NCBI GenBank assembly: GCA_950097015.1
Contig: CATNEN010000001.1
Span: 5,022,001 to 5,086,000, forward strand
Direction of reading: 5' to 3'
DNA: 64,000 nucleotides
DNA from: Macrostomum hystrix
Lineage: Eukaryota > Animalia > Platyhelminthes
Each line of letters opens with the position of its first letter. Position 1 is the first letter of the stretch. The notes under the pieces were generated by a model. That model searched no databases. It saw only the letters and a list, made by a program, of their open reading frames with translations, and was not told the origin of the DNA. Both the position numbers and the translations under genes were made by a program. Of the stretch, positions 14,801 through 27,699 are shown piece after piece.

Positions 14801-17800
14801 GGAAGAAGTCATCAAAACTTCAGGACGAAGTAATGGAAACTTCAGGATGAAGTTATTGAGACTTGAGGATCAAGAAGTAATTGAAAATTCAGGAAAAAGT
14901 AATTAAAACATCAGGACGAAGTTATTGAAACTTCAGGGCGAAGTTATTGAAACTACGGGAAAAAGTTTCTGAAACTTCAGGACGAAGTATTGAAAACTTC
15001 AGGACGAAGTAATTGAAACTTCATGACGAAGTTATTAAAACTTCAGGACAAAGTAATTGAAACTTCAGGATCAAGAAGTTATTGAAATTTCAGGATCAAG
15101 AAGTAATTGAAACTTCAGGAAAAAAAGTAATTAAAACATCAGGACGAAGTTATTGAAACTTCAGGGCGAAGTTATTGAAACTACGGGAAAAAGTTTCTGA
15201 AACTTCAGGACGAAGTATTGAAAACTTCAGGACGAAGTAATTGAAACTTCAGGAAAAAAAGTAATTAAAACATCAGGACGAAGTTATTAAAACATCAGGA
15301 CGAAGTTATTGAAACTTCAGGGCGAAGTTATTGAAACTACGGGAAAAAGTTTCTGAAACTTCAGGACGAAGTATTGAAAACTTCAGGACGAAGTAATTGA
15401 AACTTCAGGAAAAAAGTAATTAAAACATCAGGACGAAGTTATTGAAACTTCAGGGCGAAGTTATTGAAACTACGGGAAAAAGTTTCTGAAACTTCAGGAT
15501 GAAGTATTGGAAACTTCAGGACGAAGTTATTGAAACTTCAGGATCAAGAAGTAGTTGAAACTTCATGACGAGGCAATTGAAACTTCATGACGAAGTTATT
15601 GAAACTTCATGACGAAGTTATTGAAACTTCAGGAAAAATTTATTGAAACTTCATGACGAAGTTATTGAAACTTCATGACGAAGTTATTGAAACTTCAGGA
15701 AAAATTTATTGAAACTTCATGACGAAGTTATTGAAACTTCAGGACAAAGTAATTGAAAAGTAATGGCGACTTGAGGACAAGCTTTAAAAAGAAAATTGAG
15801 ACATCATTGTCTCATCAGTGAGATATAATTTGGGCAAACTCGAATGTTCGAATATTGGTCGCGAATGAAAAGCTGACTAGAAATGTCCAACAACACAGAA
15901 AAAACTTCCGATCCCTGGTCAGACGGGGTCAAGGGAGATTCGGCGATCATTTTGTTGTAGCAGTCCGCGATGCTCTCTCTATTGCTCCCATTTTTTGTTT
16001 CACTGTTCCCGCATGACTGACAGCACAGGCGGTCTTGTCACATCATTGCGCAGTTTTGGAATCCGAAAACGGGCATCGGAACTCGCCCAAGCAAACGGAA
16101 AGTGGGAAGTGGGAATGACTGCGGGATAAAAGGAAGAGGGCTGTTGCTTGGGGGAAAGAGCAATGTTTTTTAAAAGTCATTCGATGCATTTGGAAATCGT
16201 GACCGATGTCGAAATATCTCCCATTTTTGTCTAATAGCAAAATGCTTGGGAAAGCATTTGTTGGGCAAAAAATAGATTTTTTCGAGAATGAAAGTCATTT
16301 TCAGCTGTTTTGTTATATTATCTGCAAGTTTAATGTCTCTTCTATCTGCTGTCTCTTCTATCTACTGTCTCTTCTATCTGATGTCTCTTCTGTCTACTGT
16401 CTCTTCTGTCTACTGTCTCTTCTGTCTACTGTCTCTTCTAACTGCTGTCTCTTCTATCTACTGTCTCTTCTATCTGCTGTCTCTTCTATCTACTGTCTCT
16501 TCTATCTGCTGTCTCTTCTGTCTACTGTCTCTTCTATCTGCTGTCTCTTCTGTCTACTGTCTCTTCTATCTGCTGTCTCTTCTATCTACTGTCTCTTCTA
16601 TCTGATGTCTCTTCTATCTGCTGTCTCTTCTAACTGCTGTCTCTTCTATCTGCTGTCTCTTCTATCTGCTGTCTCTTCTATCTACTGTCTCTTCTATCTG
16701 ATGTCTCTTCTATCTGCTGTCTCTTCTAACTGCTGTCTCTTCTATCTGCTGTCTCTTCTATCTGCTGTCTCTTCTATCTGCTGTCTCTTCTATCTGCTGT
16801 CTCTTCTATCTACTGTCTCTTCTATCTGATGTCTCTTCTATCTGCTGTCTCTTCTAACTGCTGTCTCTTCTATCTGCTGTCTCTTCTATCTACTGTCTCT
16901 TCTATCTACTGTCTCTTCTATCTGATGTCTCTTCTATCTGCTGTCTCTTCTAACTGCTGTCTCTTCTATCTGCTGTCTCTTCTAACTGCTGTCTCTTCTA
17001 TCTGCTGTCTCTTCTATCTGCTGTCTCTTCTATCTGCTGTCTCTTCTATCTGCTGTCTCTTCTATCTGCTGTCTCTTCTAACTGCTGTCTCTTCTATCTG
17101 CTGTCTCTTCTATCTACTGTCTCTTCTATCTACTGTCTCTTCTATCTGATGTCTCTTCTATCTGCTGTCTCTTCTAACTGCTGTCTCTTCTATCTGCTGT
17201 CTCTTCTATCTACTGTCTCTTCTATCTGCTGTCTCTTCTAACTGCTGTCTCTTCTATCTGCTGTCTCTTCTATCTGCTGTCTCTTCTATCTGCTGTCTCT
17301 TCTATCTGCTGTCTCTTCTATCTGCTGTCTCTTCTATCTACTGTCTCTTCTATCTGCTGTCTCTTCTATCTACTGTCTCTTCTGTCTACTGTCTCTTCTA
17401 TCTGATGTCTCTTCTATCTACTGTCTCTTCTATCTGCTGTCTCTTCTATCTGCTGTCTCTTCTATCTACTGTCTCTTCTGTCTACTGTCTCTTCTATCTG
17501 CTGTCTCTTCTAACTGCTGTCTCTTCTATCTGCTGTCTCTTCTATCTACTGTCTCTTCTATCTACTGTCTCTTCTATCTGATGTCTCTTCTATCTGCTGT
17601 CTCTTCTAACTGCTGTCTCTTCTATCTGCTGTCTCTTCTATCTACTGTCTCTTCTATCTGCTGTCTCTTCTAACTGCTGTCTCTTCTATCTGCTGTCTCT
17701 TCTATCTGCTGTCTCTTCTATCTGCTGTCTCTTCTATCTGCTGTCTCTTCTATCTGCTGTCTCTTCTATCTGCTGTCTCTTCTATCTGCTGTCTCTTCTA

Positions 17801-19473
17801 TCTGCTGTCTCTTCTATCTACTGTCTCTTCTATCTGCTGTCTCTTCTATCTGCTGTCTCTTCTATCTGCTGTCTAAATTTTGATCTTTTCTCTCTTCTTT
17901 AAAATTAAATGAAAAAAGTAAATATTAATTAAAAAGTAATGATAAAAGCAGCTTTACGTAAGCGTCCTCACATAAGAGTATTATCGACTCATTTACATGA
18001 ACAGAACAGGAGGAGCCGCTTCTTTGTTGTCTTAGTTTTGCGCAAATTTTTCCCCTAAAGGGTTAAAGCGACTGTATCAAGCTTATCAGCTTTCTGTACA
18101 GTTTTCCCACATCAGCCTTTTTCAGGTTTTAATTGCGTAGGCAAACGGGTCAAGCAGAGGATTCGGTGAAAACATGCCACAGAATTGGAAGATATTTTCT
18201 TGAACAGCAGAAGTTGTTTCATGGGCAGTACGCCAAGGTTATCGAAGGTCTATAGAGCTGTTTGTCCCAAGCTTGCTTGGGTGTTGATTCTGCTTCTGAA
18301 GAAGACTTTGTCTTTTTAGGAAAAAATCTTATCAGCTTCAGTTGGGTATTCGCTTCAAACAGTTGATTCCTCTTTTTTTGCACGACTGACCCGAATCTTA
18401 TAATTGGCAAACTAAAGTGTTTCCTTGCTGCTTTCACGGGACAAGCATCATGTAGACCCATTTGGAACTAAAGTAACTATTTACTTTAACTAGTAACTAG
18501 AATTATATAATAAAATAATAATAATTGCTGGAGGGCTGCGGGCTATGGCACATGGTGGCACTGGATCCGTAGTCAGCGAGTAGGCGATTCTGCCCATTTC
18601 GCTGACTCCTGAGCACGACTTTCTCATCGTCAGGCAGTATACACTCTCATTGTGCCTTGGAGGTTGGCCCTCAAGGGCGTAAATTGCACGACAAGCCCAC
18701 AAGCCTTCTCTCCGCGGCTGCGCCCCAAATAAATATGGACTCGCCGAGGAATCGAACACAGGGTGCTTCGTGCGAGAGTCTAACGCGTAAAAGCACTTTA
18801 TTTACGTACCGAAAAGTGAATGTGAAGTAGTGCTGCGATGACACAAGCGGCTGTTTTGGATAAGAATTTTTGCATAGGCCAGTTTGACCACCAGCCTCGG
18901 CCATGCCCTCGCTGTAAGGCGTGTTAGTATTGAAACAATGCAATACATTCTCGCACAACGGATCAACATCGGGTATGTAGAGGTGATTGAACCAGATCAA
19001 GATTCGATGCTGACTGTCGGCGAGCAGGTGCACTTGGCATGTGAAATTCGACGGATATGGTTCGTGTCCGAATCGATGCGAATGAATCTCGACCGCGTTG
19101 ACTGGCACCTGCATGACACCTCGCCGGGTCACAAGCAAGTCGTCTCGATAAATGCAGTCGCGTGTCAGATAGACTGCAAAAAAAGGTTATGAATTAATGT
19201 CTTTGCTGGCAGAAATAGTAGTGCACACGATTTTACTATGCATACAAATTTTTTTAAAAGCAAGACGTATATTACGAGTATATTGTATATTATTCGTTCT
19301 TTATAGTTCTCCGGACCCGGATGCAAGAGGGAGCAGAAGTGAAATTCAAACAAGCTACAAGACTCACAGCGTCTAATCCCATTCTCTGCTACCGGGTCTG
19401 TCGTTGATGCTGACGAGAAAATAGAATACCATCCTAATGCATATAAATAAATCCAACAGCTAAAGCTCTTCAT
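3820..19473 (-). CDS. Type I membrane protein: signal peptide, CUB domain, LDLa module, TM helix, Gln-rich tail (~611 aa). Exons: complement(join(3820..4754, 5343..5773, 18810..19173, 19368..19473))
   Basis: Exon 1 MKSFSCWIYLYALGWYSIFSSAS is signal-peptide-like and ends at a GTGAGT donor. Exon 2 carries CUB motifs (HSHRFGHEPYPSNFTCQVHL..RILIWFNHL..GLC..SSQHYFTFTFR). Exon 3 completes the CUB (GFRLTA) and has the LDLa signature CLPRDALCDGVVHCPNGSDE. Exon 4 has a hydrophobic TM (LLASFGIAASVAIGVAAVTAGMACLLGVA), CCC and poly-Q. All three GT-AG junctions are phase-compatible (1,2,1) and total 1836 nt = 612 codons. Confidence 0.8.
5870..6350. repeat. Minisatellite, 20-bp unit CTAGGGATTATCTGGATAGT
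   Basis: Direct inspection. Confidence 0.95.
6985..7640. repeat. Minisatellite, 12-bp unit CTCCCTCACACT
   Basis: Direct inspection. Confidence 0.95.
8771..8851. repeat. (CAG)27 microsatellite, intronic
   Basis: Perfect trinucleotide run. Confidence 0.95.
9440..11435. repeat. Minisatellite, 16-bp unit GTGTCTCATCTCTCCC
   Basis: Direct inspection; stop-free in three frames, giving artefact ORFs. Confidence 0.97.
11928..12232. repeat. G-rich minisatellite, 15-16-bp unit AATCGGGGG(G)TAGAGG
   Basis: Direct inspection. Confidence 0.9.
12826..13473. repeat. Minisatellite, 20-bp unit GAGTTAAGGAGAGGGAATGA
   Basis: Direct inspection. Confidence 0.95.
13926..14350. repeat. Minisatellite, 23-bp unit TTATCTCACCCTTCAAGTACCAT
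   Basis: Direct inspection. Confidence 0.95.
14790..15760. repeat. Minisatellite, ~22-bp unit GAAACTTCAGGACGAAGTTATT
   Basis: Direct inspection; shows higher-order periodicity. Confidence 0.93.
16333..17873. repeat. Minisatellite, 16-bp unit CTGTCTCTTCTATCTG
   Basis: Direct inspection. Confidence 0.97.
18521..18800 (-). mobile_element. tRNA-derived SINE-like repeat, copy 1
   Basis: Minus strand has B-box GTTCGATTCC and the family core gtgtatactgcctgacgatgagaaagtc..gctcaggagtcagcgaaatgggcagaat, ending in an (ATT)n tail. Confidence 0.7.
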
Positions 19474-22400
19474 TGAATCGCAGGAAACGCTGATATTTAG
19501 AAGTTATTAATTACTACATTACGTTCCGTTTAGCTTATTTTAGTGGTTGACGCAAGTGCAAGTTAATTGACGGTTGAAGACAATGCAGACATGATGTTAA
19601 ACATGCGCCAAATTAAAAACCGTGTCAGAATGCTTTTTACAGCTTAAAAACTAGTTACACAAGAAAGAAAAGAAAACAAAAAAGATGCGTTGCGTTGATT
19701 AAATACTGTAAAATAATGCGCATAATTTCAGGTAAACTATAAACTTTTTGTTATATTTTACAAAACTTTCAAAGTTACGCTGTACCAGCATGGAACATTT
19801 CTCGTTGTACATGTAAGTACAGCTTCGAAGATTATTTCAAAAGACAGAATTTCATTAAAATTTCTGTTAAATTTCAAGCATATATTTTTGCTTCTGCTGC
19901 GAAAAATGTTCTGTTTTAAACGAGGAGAATAAATTCTACTCAATAATAGAATTAAGTAGGCTAAGTATCAATGTACATGTACAATACATTTTATGATACC
20001 TTGGAAATCGAAAGTTCCATGAACAAAAATTGCTATATTTTTCAAATATAGTATACTGCTTCAAAATATAAAATGAACTTTTATGGCACTTGTTCTCTTT
20101 TTATCAGCAGCAAATAGTTATAAGTATGATAAGGATAAAAAAGAAAATAGTCCAAGGGTGTAAGGCGTAAGCATGATCTAGACCTAGACTGTCCAAAGAA
20201 TGGGTAGGGCCTACTAGTCACTGTGTCAACTGCCATTTTTGGAGTTGTGACAACTTCAAAGGGCCATATAAGAACCACAACAACCTGCACAAAGCAAGCA
20301 GCTCAAGTAGATAGTGCTTACGTGTGCCTTCAACACAGATGTCATTGTGTAGAAAATCCGGAGGCAGATGATGTCTTTCATCTCTCAGAAACTGCATGTC
20401 AGCGTGAGGCTCATTCCAAGAAGCTTCACAAGCCCAGTTTACAATGCACAACATAAGTAATAACCAAGCACATTTCAGTTGTATATGTAAACTAATGCAC
20501 ATCAGGTGGCAATTCTGTTGGCCATTGGCCATTTTTAGGGGTGTACATGTAGGGTAATGTATCATCAACTGAACAAGAATGTGTATTTTTTTAACTTTGA
20601 CCCTAAGCTACAGATTTTCTATTTAAGATATGATGATAAATCAAAAGCCAAGTTATAGAAAACAGTTATATCTTTCTAAAAAGCTTAAAGTCAACTGCAT
20701 ATACTTAACCTCAGCAATTCTGGTCACTTTTTAACTAAAAATTTGGGTACCCCTTAGTTTTGGTCACTTCATCAACCATATGATAAAATAGTTGATGAAG
20801 TGACTAGGATCTTAAAGAATCTGATACAACGAACTCTTGAGTCTGATAATAGTTTTTTTTATTCTAAATTTTAATTTTTTTTAGTTTTTATTTCATCATA
20901 ATTTGAAACCTTTTCTTGTAACCTGTTAAATTTAAACAATAGGGCCTAGTGGTTTGGTAGCTTGAACACTGTTTGATATTCATGCATCTTGCCTTGGTAA
21001 AAAAGCTGATACTAGATTTGGATCTGATATACCAAAAATGGTATAGGCCTAATCTAGTTGTTTTTTTAGATTGTACCCTTCTAGTACAAAAATCTTGTTT
21101 AGTTTAGCTTTAGATATTTTTATAGAAATAAAATTATTTACTCATAGAAAACAGATTAGATAGAAAAAGGGTAGTAAATGAAAGACAATAGATAGCAAAG
21201 ACAGTTGATAAGATAGATTAGAACAAGTAATTTAATTGAAACTAAGTGGAACTAATTGAATTTTTTGTAATATACCTTTTTGCTATGTTTAATTAAACTT
21301 GAACATTAATGCAACAGATATATTTCTAGCAAATAATTCATTTTCAGTTTTAAAGTATAATTACTATAATGTACAGAATGTGACAATGTCATTTATTTTA
21401 TTGTCATTTTGTTGTTATTTATCTATGAATTTTTAATTTTCTATGGGAGTTGCATTTTTGTATTCCTAGTGAAGTATATTAATGTGTAATATCTCCTATT
21501 TATCTATATTAAATCTATAACAATACATATATTATTCAATTTTTATGCAGCATTAAAAGTCCATTTATATTATTTTTTATATAATAATAATCCATAATTT
21601 ATATATGTATAATAATAATAATAATAATAATAATAATCCATACTATATTTTATATTTAATGTATCTGCGCGCCGTATTTAAAAGCTGATGTGTTTTCATG
21701 CGCCACATGCTTTCCCATTACTAGTGGTTTTGGATGCAGACTAGTAATAGTGCTAAAGTGGAGCTGCTGAATCGCCAGCATCATCAGAGACTGTTAATAC
21801 TATTTTGCTAGGTAGTCAAATAAATACAATAGTCCATATTCGAGTTGGGGCTGTTATCTTAATAATATCACGAGAGTCCATCGCCGCTACACTATTAAGT
21901 CCAACCTTGGTCTTCCTTACTTCTGCAATCGAGTCCTGTTAGATATTACATTACCAGCTTCATGCATGCACAACCTCCCAAATCTTAGCCGGCTGTGCAA
22001 CTTAGTTTTTGCTCTATTTATGACTTAGCTTGCTCTCATTTGCAACTTAGTTCGTTTCATTGCTCTATTTACAACTTAGTTTGCTCTCATTTGCTCTCTT
22101 TTTCTCTCCCCTTTTTCCTTTTCTTCACGCCTTCCTTTTTTGTCCCTTGGTCCCCCCTTGATTTTTTTGCACTTGGTTGATTGGTTTTTGCGACTTACCT
22201 TGCTTGGCCCTCATTTCACCCGGCCGGGTCAGCTAGGTGTTGCGCATGTATGACCAGCTTAAATATATAGGTAGCTAGATATTACATACAGCAATCTAGG
22301 AAATTTGATGAACACAAGAAACTTGTCGTTTTTACTTATATTAATCTAATTAGGCCTAGCCAGTTTTAATTGTTTTCATAAACTTGTATCAGAATATACT

Positions 22401-23122
22401 TGTTTTCCATATTTCATAATTTTCATTTTTTAAAATACCAATCTACTAAGTTTATGTTTTTAACTGCTTTCATTTTTAGGGTCAATTTGATAAGATCCTG
22501 ATCATCACTTAATATGAGCAAAAAACTTAATTAACTTTATTTAAGATAGTCTAATTGTTTTAAAATTAATGAAATGATATGCAAAAAATAAATAAAATCA
22601 TATTTTGATCTTAAATTATGATCTGGAATTCCAATGCAGTGTTCAAACCTTTTTTTGCATTAAATTAATCTAATTGTGTCTATTTTGTGCTTGTTATAAT
22701 CGGTTAAGTTTTTTTTGCTGCAAAAGTTTTCTTGTCCAAACAAAAATTATTTTTACTTTTTTTATGAGTTAACAATTGTCATTATATTTCATATTTGAAG
22801 TAAAAACATTGACAATAGTTTCATATTTACGTTTTTATCCTGACATGCCTACTTTTAAAGCCGTTTAAGTAGTATTATTAGGTATTGCTTCCTGGGCTAT
22901 ACTTTTTTCAGCACACTTTAGAGTTCTCATTGGCATAGCGAATGGGGTGGGTGATTTACTCGCTAAACTCCTGCCTTTTTGCGTCTATAAAATCCGAGAC
23001 AAACTAGTTGCATATGTTTCAACTCCAGCTTGCCCAATTTTTCGTTTTTCGCTTTGCTCTGCTTTTAATTTGGCAAACATTTTTTCCAGTCTGCCCAACC
23101 GTTTTCGTTCTTAATTGACGAA

Positions 23123-26100
23123 ATGCCAAAGCGCAAGCACGCCTCGCCTACAGTTGATCAGCAGTCAATAAACAGCAACGCTAATAATACTGAAAGTGTC
23201 ACTGAAGGTTCTATAGAAAATCAGCCGTCAGTTCCCACTGTTGTCATGGCAACCACTTCGCCTTGCAATCACGTCAAGCCTGCGCCATTTAGCGACGACG
23301 AAGACGCTATTAATATTTTGAAATCCTGCGACTATTCAGTTAAGATTTCAATCGAGGATGCCAAGGCTGGCTTAGCGACTAGGCCTGTCAGAGTCTACGC
23401 TGACGGAATCTACGATATGTTTCATTCGGGTCACGCTAGGCAGTTGATGCAAGCTAAGATGGCATTTCCCAATGTCCATTTGATTGTTGGCGTCTGCAAT
23501 GACGCTGATACGCATAGGTGAGTCTTAACAATTAGATTTTTTTTCTTTATATTAGTTATTTGGAGCTTGCAGTCTAGTGGTTGTAGCTTTGGACTTTTAA
23601 CGTGTTTGCCTCTCGCGCCAAGGTACCTGAGCTCGATTCCGAGGCGAGGCCGCATTCATTTGGGGGTGCAGCAGCGGAGAGAAGACTTGGGGGCTGGTTG
23701 TTGTGAAAGTTAATATGTACACTGCCTGACGATAAGAAAGTCAAGGCAGATGTACACACCTGTGTGAGCGTGTGCCTGCGAACGGTATCTGTGTACGCGT
23801 GTGCTCAGGAGTCAGCGAAATAGGCAGAATTGCCTCCATTGCCTGCAGCCCTCCTGCAATTATAATAACAAAATATGTGGGCAATGGCACATCATTTGGT
23901 AATAATGGACCCGCAGCCAGCGAGGAGACAATTCTGCCCATTCCTCTGACTCCTGAGCACACACGCACACAGGGGTGTGTACATCTTCCCTGATCGTCAG
24001 GCAGTGAACACTTTCACTTTCACAACACAAAGCCCAAAATCAACGTAGCCTCGATGCGGAATCGATCTCAGGACCCTCGTTGCGAGAGGCAAACGCGTTA
24101 GACCGTTCTGCCACTTCCCTCCAACTATTAATTAATTCACTAACAATATCGCGAGAGCGTGAAAAAAATAAAACGTAGCCCAACTTGAAAAAACCCCCAC
24201 AGAATGAAAGGCAACACTGTCATGCGCGAATCTGAACGCTACGAAGCTGTCCGTCATTGTCGATACGTTGACGAAGTTCTACGCGACGCGCCTTGGTCCT
24301 ACGACTATAGCTTTTTATCTGCTCACAAAATCGACTTTGTGGCTCACGACGACATCCCATACGGAGCCGGCAATACGGAGGATGTCTATAAATGGATTAA
24401 AGATCGCGGCATGTTTCTACCCACTGAGCGCACTGAAGGCATCTCAACAACGGATGTGATTGCTAGAATTATTCTCGACTACGACGTCTATCTGCGTAGG
24501 AATTTAAAGAGAGGATTGTCGCGCAAGGAACTAGGCATCTCCTATATGAAGGAGAAGGAGTTGCAAGTTAAGGTGAGGCTAGTTTGCTTTTGATTTGTAG
24601 ATTTAAGTCATTTTTGGCATATTATTTTAGTCGGAGTTTTAGGTCAGTTTTAGTCAGATTTCCAGTTCAGTTTCTGTCGGAGCTTTAGATCAGTTTTAGT
24701 CAGATTTCTAGTTCAGTTTCTGTCAAAGTTTTAGGTCAGTTTTAGTCGGAGTTTTAGGTCAGTTTTAGTCAGATTTCCAGTTCAGTTTCTGTCGGAGCTT
24801 TAGATCAGTTTTAGTCAGATTTCTAGTTCAGTTTTAGTCAGATTTCTAGTTCAGTTTCTGTCAAAGTTTTAGGTCAGTTTTAGTCAGATTTCTAGTTCAG
24901 TTTTAGTCGGAGTTTTAGGTCAGTTTTAGTCAGATTTCTAGTTCAGTTTTAATCGGAGTTTTAGGTCAGTTTTAGTCAGGTTCTAGTTCAGTTTCTGTCA
25001 GATTTCTAGTTCAGTTTCTGTCAAAGTTTTAGGTCAGTTTTTGACAGAGTTTTAGGTCAGTTTTAGTCAGATTTCTATTTCAGTTTCTGTCGGAGTTTTA
25101 GGTCAGTTTTAGTCGGAGTTTTAGGTTAGTTTTAGTCAGATTTCCAGTTCGGTTTCTGTCGGAGCTTTAGGTCAGTTTTAGTCAGATTTCTAGTTCAGTT
25201 TCTGTCGGAGTTTTAGGTCAGTTTTAGTCGGAGTTTTAGGTTAGTTTTAGTCAGATTTCCAGTTCGGTTTCTGTCGGAGCTTTAGATCAGTTTTAGTCAG
25301 ATTTCTAGTTCAGTTTCTGTCGGAGCTTTAGATCAGTTTTAGTCAGATTTCTAGTTCAGTTTCTGTCGGAGTTTTAGGTCAGTTTTAGTCAGATTTCCAG
25401 TTCGGTTTCTGTCGGAGCTTTAGATCAGTTTTAGTCAGATTTCTAGTTCAGTTTCTGTCGGAGCTTTAGGTCAGTTTTAGTCAGATTTCTAGTTCAGTTT
25501 TAGTCGGAGTTTTAGGTCAGTTTTAGTCAGAGTTCTAGTTCAGTTTCTGTCAGAGTTTTAGGTCAGTTTTAGTCAGATTTCTAGTTCAGTTTTAGTCGGA
25601 GTTTTAGGTCAGTTTTAGTCAGATTTCTAGTTCAGTTTCTGTCGGAGTTTTAGGTCAGTTTTAGTCGGAGTTTTAGGTTAGTTTTAGTCAGATTTCCAGT
25701 TCGGTTTCTGTCGGAGCTTTAGATCAGTTTTAGTCAGATTTCTAGTTCAGTTTCTGTCGGAGTTTTAGGTCAGTTTTAGTCAGATTTCTAGTTCAGTTTT
25801 TGTCAGAGTTTTAGGTCAGTTTTAGTCAGATTTCTAGTTCAGTTTCAATTTATGGCCGTTCGGGTGACTTATTTCTGTCGAGTTTTAGGACCAGTCATGG
25901 ACAAAGTGTTGGTTTTAATTCCGGAGTCAAAGAAATAATTTGTTAAAGAATAGATTAATGACGCCCTAATCACTTATTAGTTAATATTTTATTCACAAAT
26001 AAATAGGAGACTATCATTTCCATGCGCGATCGCATTGGTCGAACTAGACGGGATCTAATTGGCAAATGGGAGCAGCATTCCAATAGATTCGTATCCGGTT

Positions 26101-26606
26101 TCGTGTCTATCTTCGGTCACGACGGCCGAATCAGTCATTGGATGCGCGACAAACGATTGGCCTTCGCTAGGGCTATTAGTCCGGAGTTTGTACAATTGCA
26201 ACAGTCGCCCCTGACAGCTCAGGAGCAGCAGCAGCAGCAGGATTATCAAGAACAGCGTCAGCGTCGACAATCTCAGGATGCATTGTCGTCTTCCTCGGCA
26301 TCTTCGCCGGTTGCTAAGCGCCCGAGATCGTTGCTAAGCGGCTCGATTACGGGAGCATTCTCTGATGAAGACGACGACGAAGAGGCGGAAGATTGGGACA
26401 CACTATTTCCTAAGCTGCGAGACGCTGCGATTCAACAGCATCAGCATCAGCAGCAGGTGCAGCAGCAGCAGCAGCAGTTGCAGCTGTCGACTTCATCATC
26501 TCCACCGACTCGTCTGGCTCACACTAGTGCTTGCTCCTCGTCGACGTCAGCTAAAAATAACGGGGGCGGTAATGCCAAAACTAGCAGCACCTCATTGTCT
26601 GGCTGA
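23123..26606 (+). CDS. PCYT1: Choline-phosphate cytidylyltransferase (CCT). Exons 23123..23517, 24203..24572, 26007..26606
   Basis: Motifs [26 protein letters not shown] (HxGH), [25 protein letters not shown] and RTEGISTTD. Junctions are phase-consistent GT-AG. Confidence 0.95.
23571..23860 (+). mobile_element. tRNA-derived SINE-like repeat, copy 2 (PCYT1 intron 1)
   Basis: cctctcgcgccaaggtacctgagctcgattcc head followed by the same family core. Confidence 0.7.
23878..24120 (-). mobile_element. tRNA-derived SINE-like repeat, copy 3, inverted relative to copy 2
   Basis: Reverse complement reads gtggcagaacggtctaacgcgtttgcctctcgcaacgagggtcctgagatcgattcc, then the core. Confidence 0.7.
24620..25845. 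repeat. Minisatellite, 23-bp units (CAGTTTTAGTCAGATTTCTAGTT and variant), PCYT1 intron 2
   Basis: Direct inspection. Confidence 0.93.
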
Positions 26607-27699
26607 TGCGATCGGAACTTAATTTAGATTTTCGAATGACTTATCTTAATTAGAATTCCAATCAAAACTTCTTAAATATAAGATTATTTATATTCTGCCT
26701 AATTTTGATTACCATTTTCTGTTATATTTTTGCTTGTTAAATCTGTGTCAGTCTGGTCAGAAGGAAAGTGCACACAGGTTTTTATTTGTCCCCAGTTACT
26801 TAAATTCTTTTCAAATTTTTGGTTGTATGAGTTTATAGCTCTGTGCTTAAAACAGTGATGTGCACCTAGATTTTTTAATTCTGTATCAAATATTGTTGTC
26901 ATGCAATAGAAAACTAGTTTGCTTTTTGTGTCATTGAAAATGATAAGAATGTTTTAATTGAAATATGATTGACAATTATTTTCACAGAACACATTCACAT
27001 CAAACTTCCAATTTGATTTAACGACACTTGTCAATCAACCAGATAACTGAATTCGCTAGTCTTTGTAATTGTCTTTGTTCTAAAAGAAACACGATTGATT
27101 TTTTTGCTGAATATGGGATAGGATTTTACCATAGAAATTTCCCTTTTTTACTCTTTCTTAAACTGCGTCTTTTAATGATATAATTTGCTTCCTAAATCGA
27201 TTATTGTATTATTGTTTATCTTTAGATTCCTGTATTGCGTTATATTCGGCTTGGCAATTAGTGTCTTTGTTTATTTATGTTTGACTTTTTTAAAGTAGAA
27301 AGGTATAAATTTCTAATTTTATTTTGCACGTACATTTATATTTATGCCGAAAACTTACCTACCTATGCTCTGTATTGTTGAGCTGTGACAAAAACACTGT
27401 TCTATTTTCAATTTTTTGTGCATTAAAAAGTCAAACTTAAAAGTCAAGGATACTGTACTTAAACCATTGTTTTAAGAAAACTGTTTTTTTCTGTTAAAAA
27501 ATCTTGCTTTAAGCTATTTTGCGTTCTAAAAGTCAATATTCATTTAACAACTCCTGCTAATGAGGCGAGACAAAAGACAGAATCAAGTCGTCATCCTGAC
27601 CAAGTATTTTTTATTTCAGTTCGAATGTAAAGTATTCTCTTTTCATTTTGTTTTTTTAGTAAAATATTCTATCGAGATTTTTATAGATAATAGATTTCA

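Noticed and set aside
20081-20568. Short overlapping ORFs as a gene or transposase
   Set aside because: No recognisable motif or consistent splice structure; left unassigned.
23571-23660. Possible tRNA genes at the SINE heads and at B-box-like fragments near 12320, 35535 and 55680
   Set aside because: No complete cloverleaf could be built; the heads are attached to a repeated SINE body or are isolated fragments.
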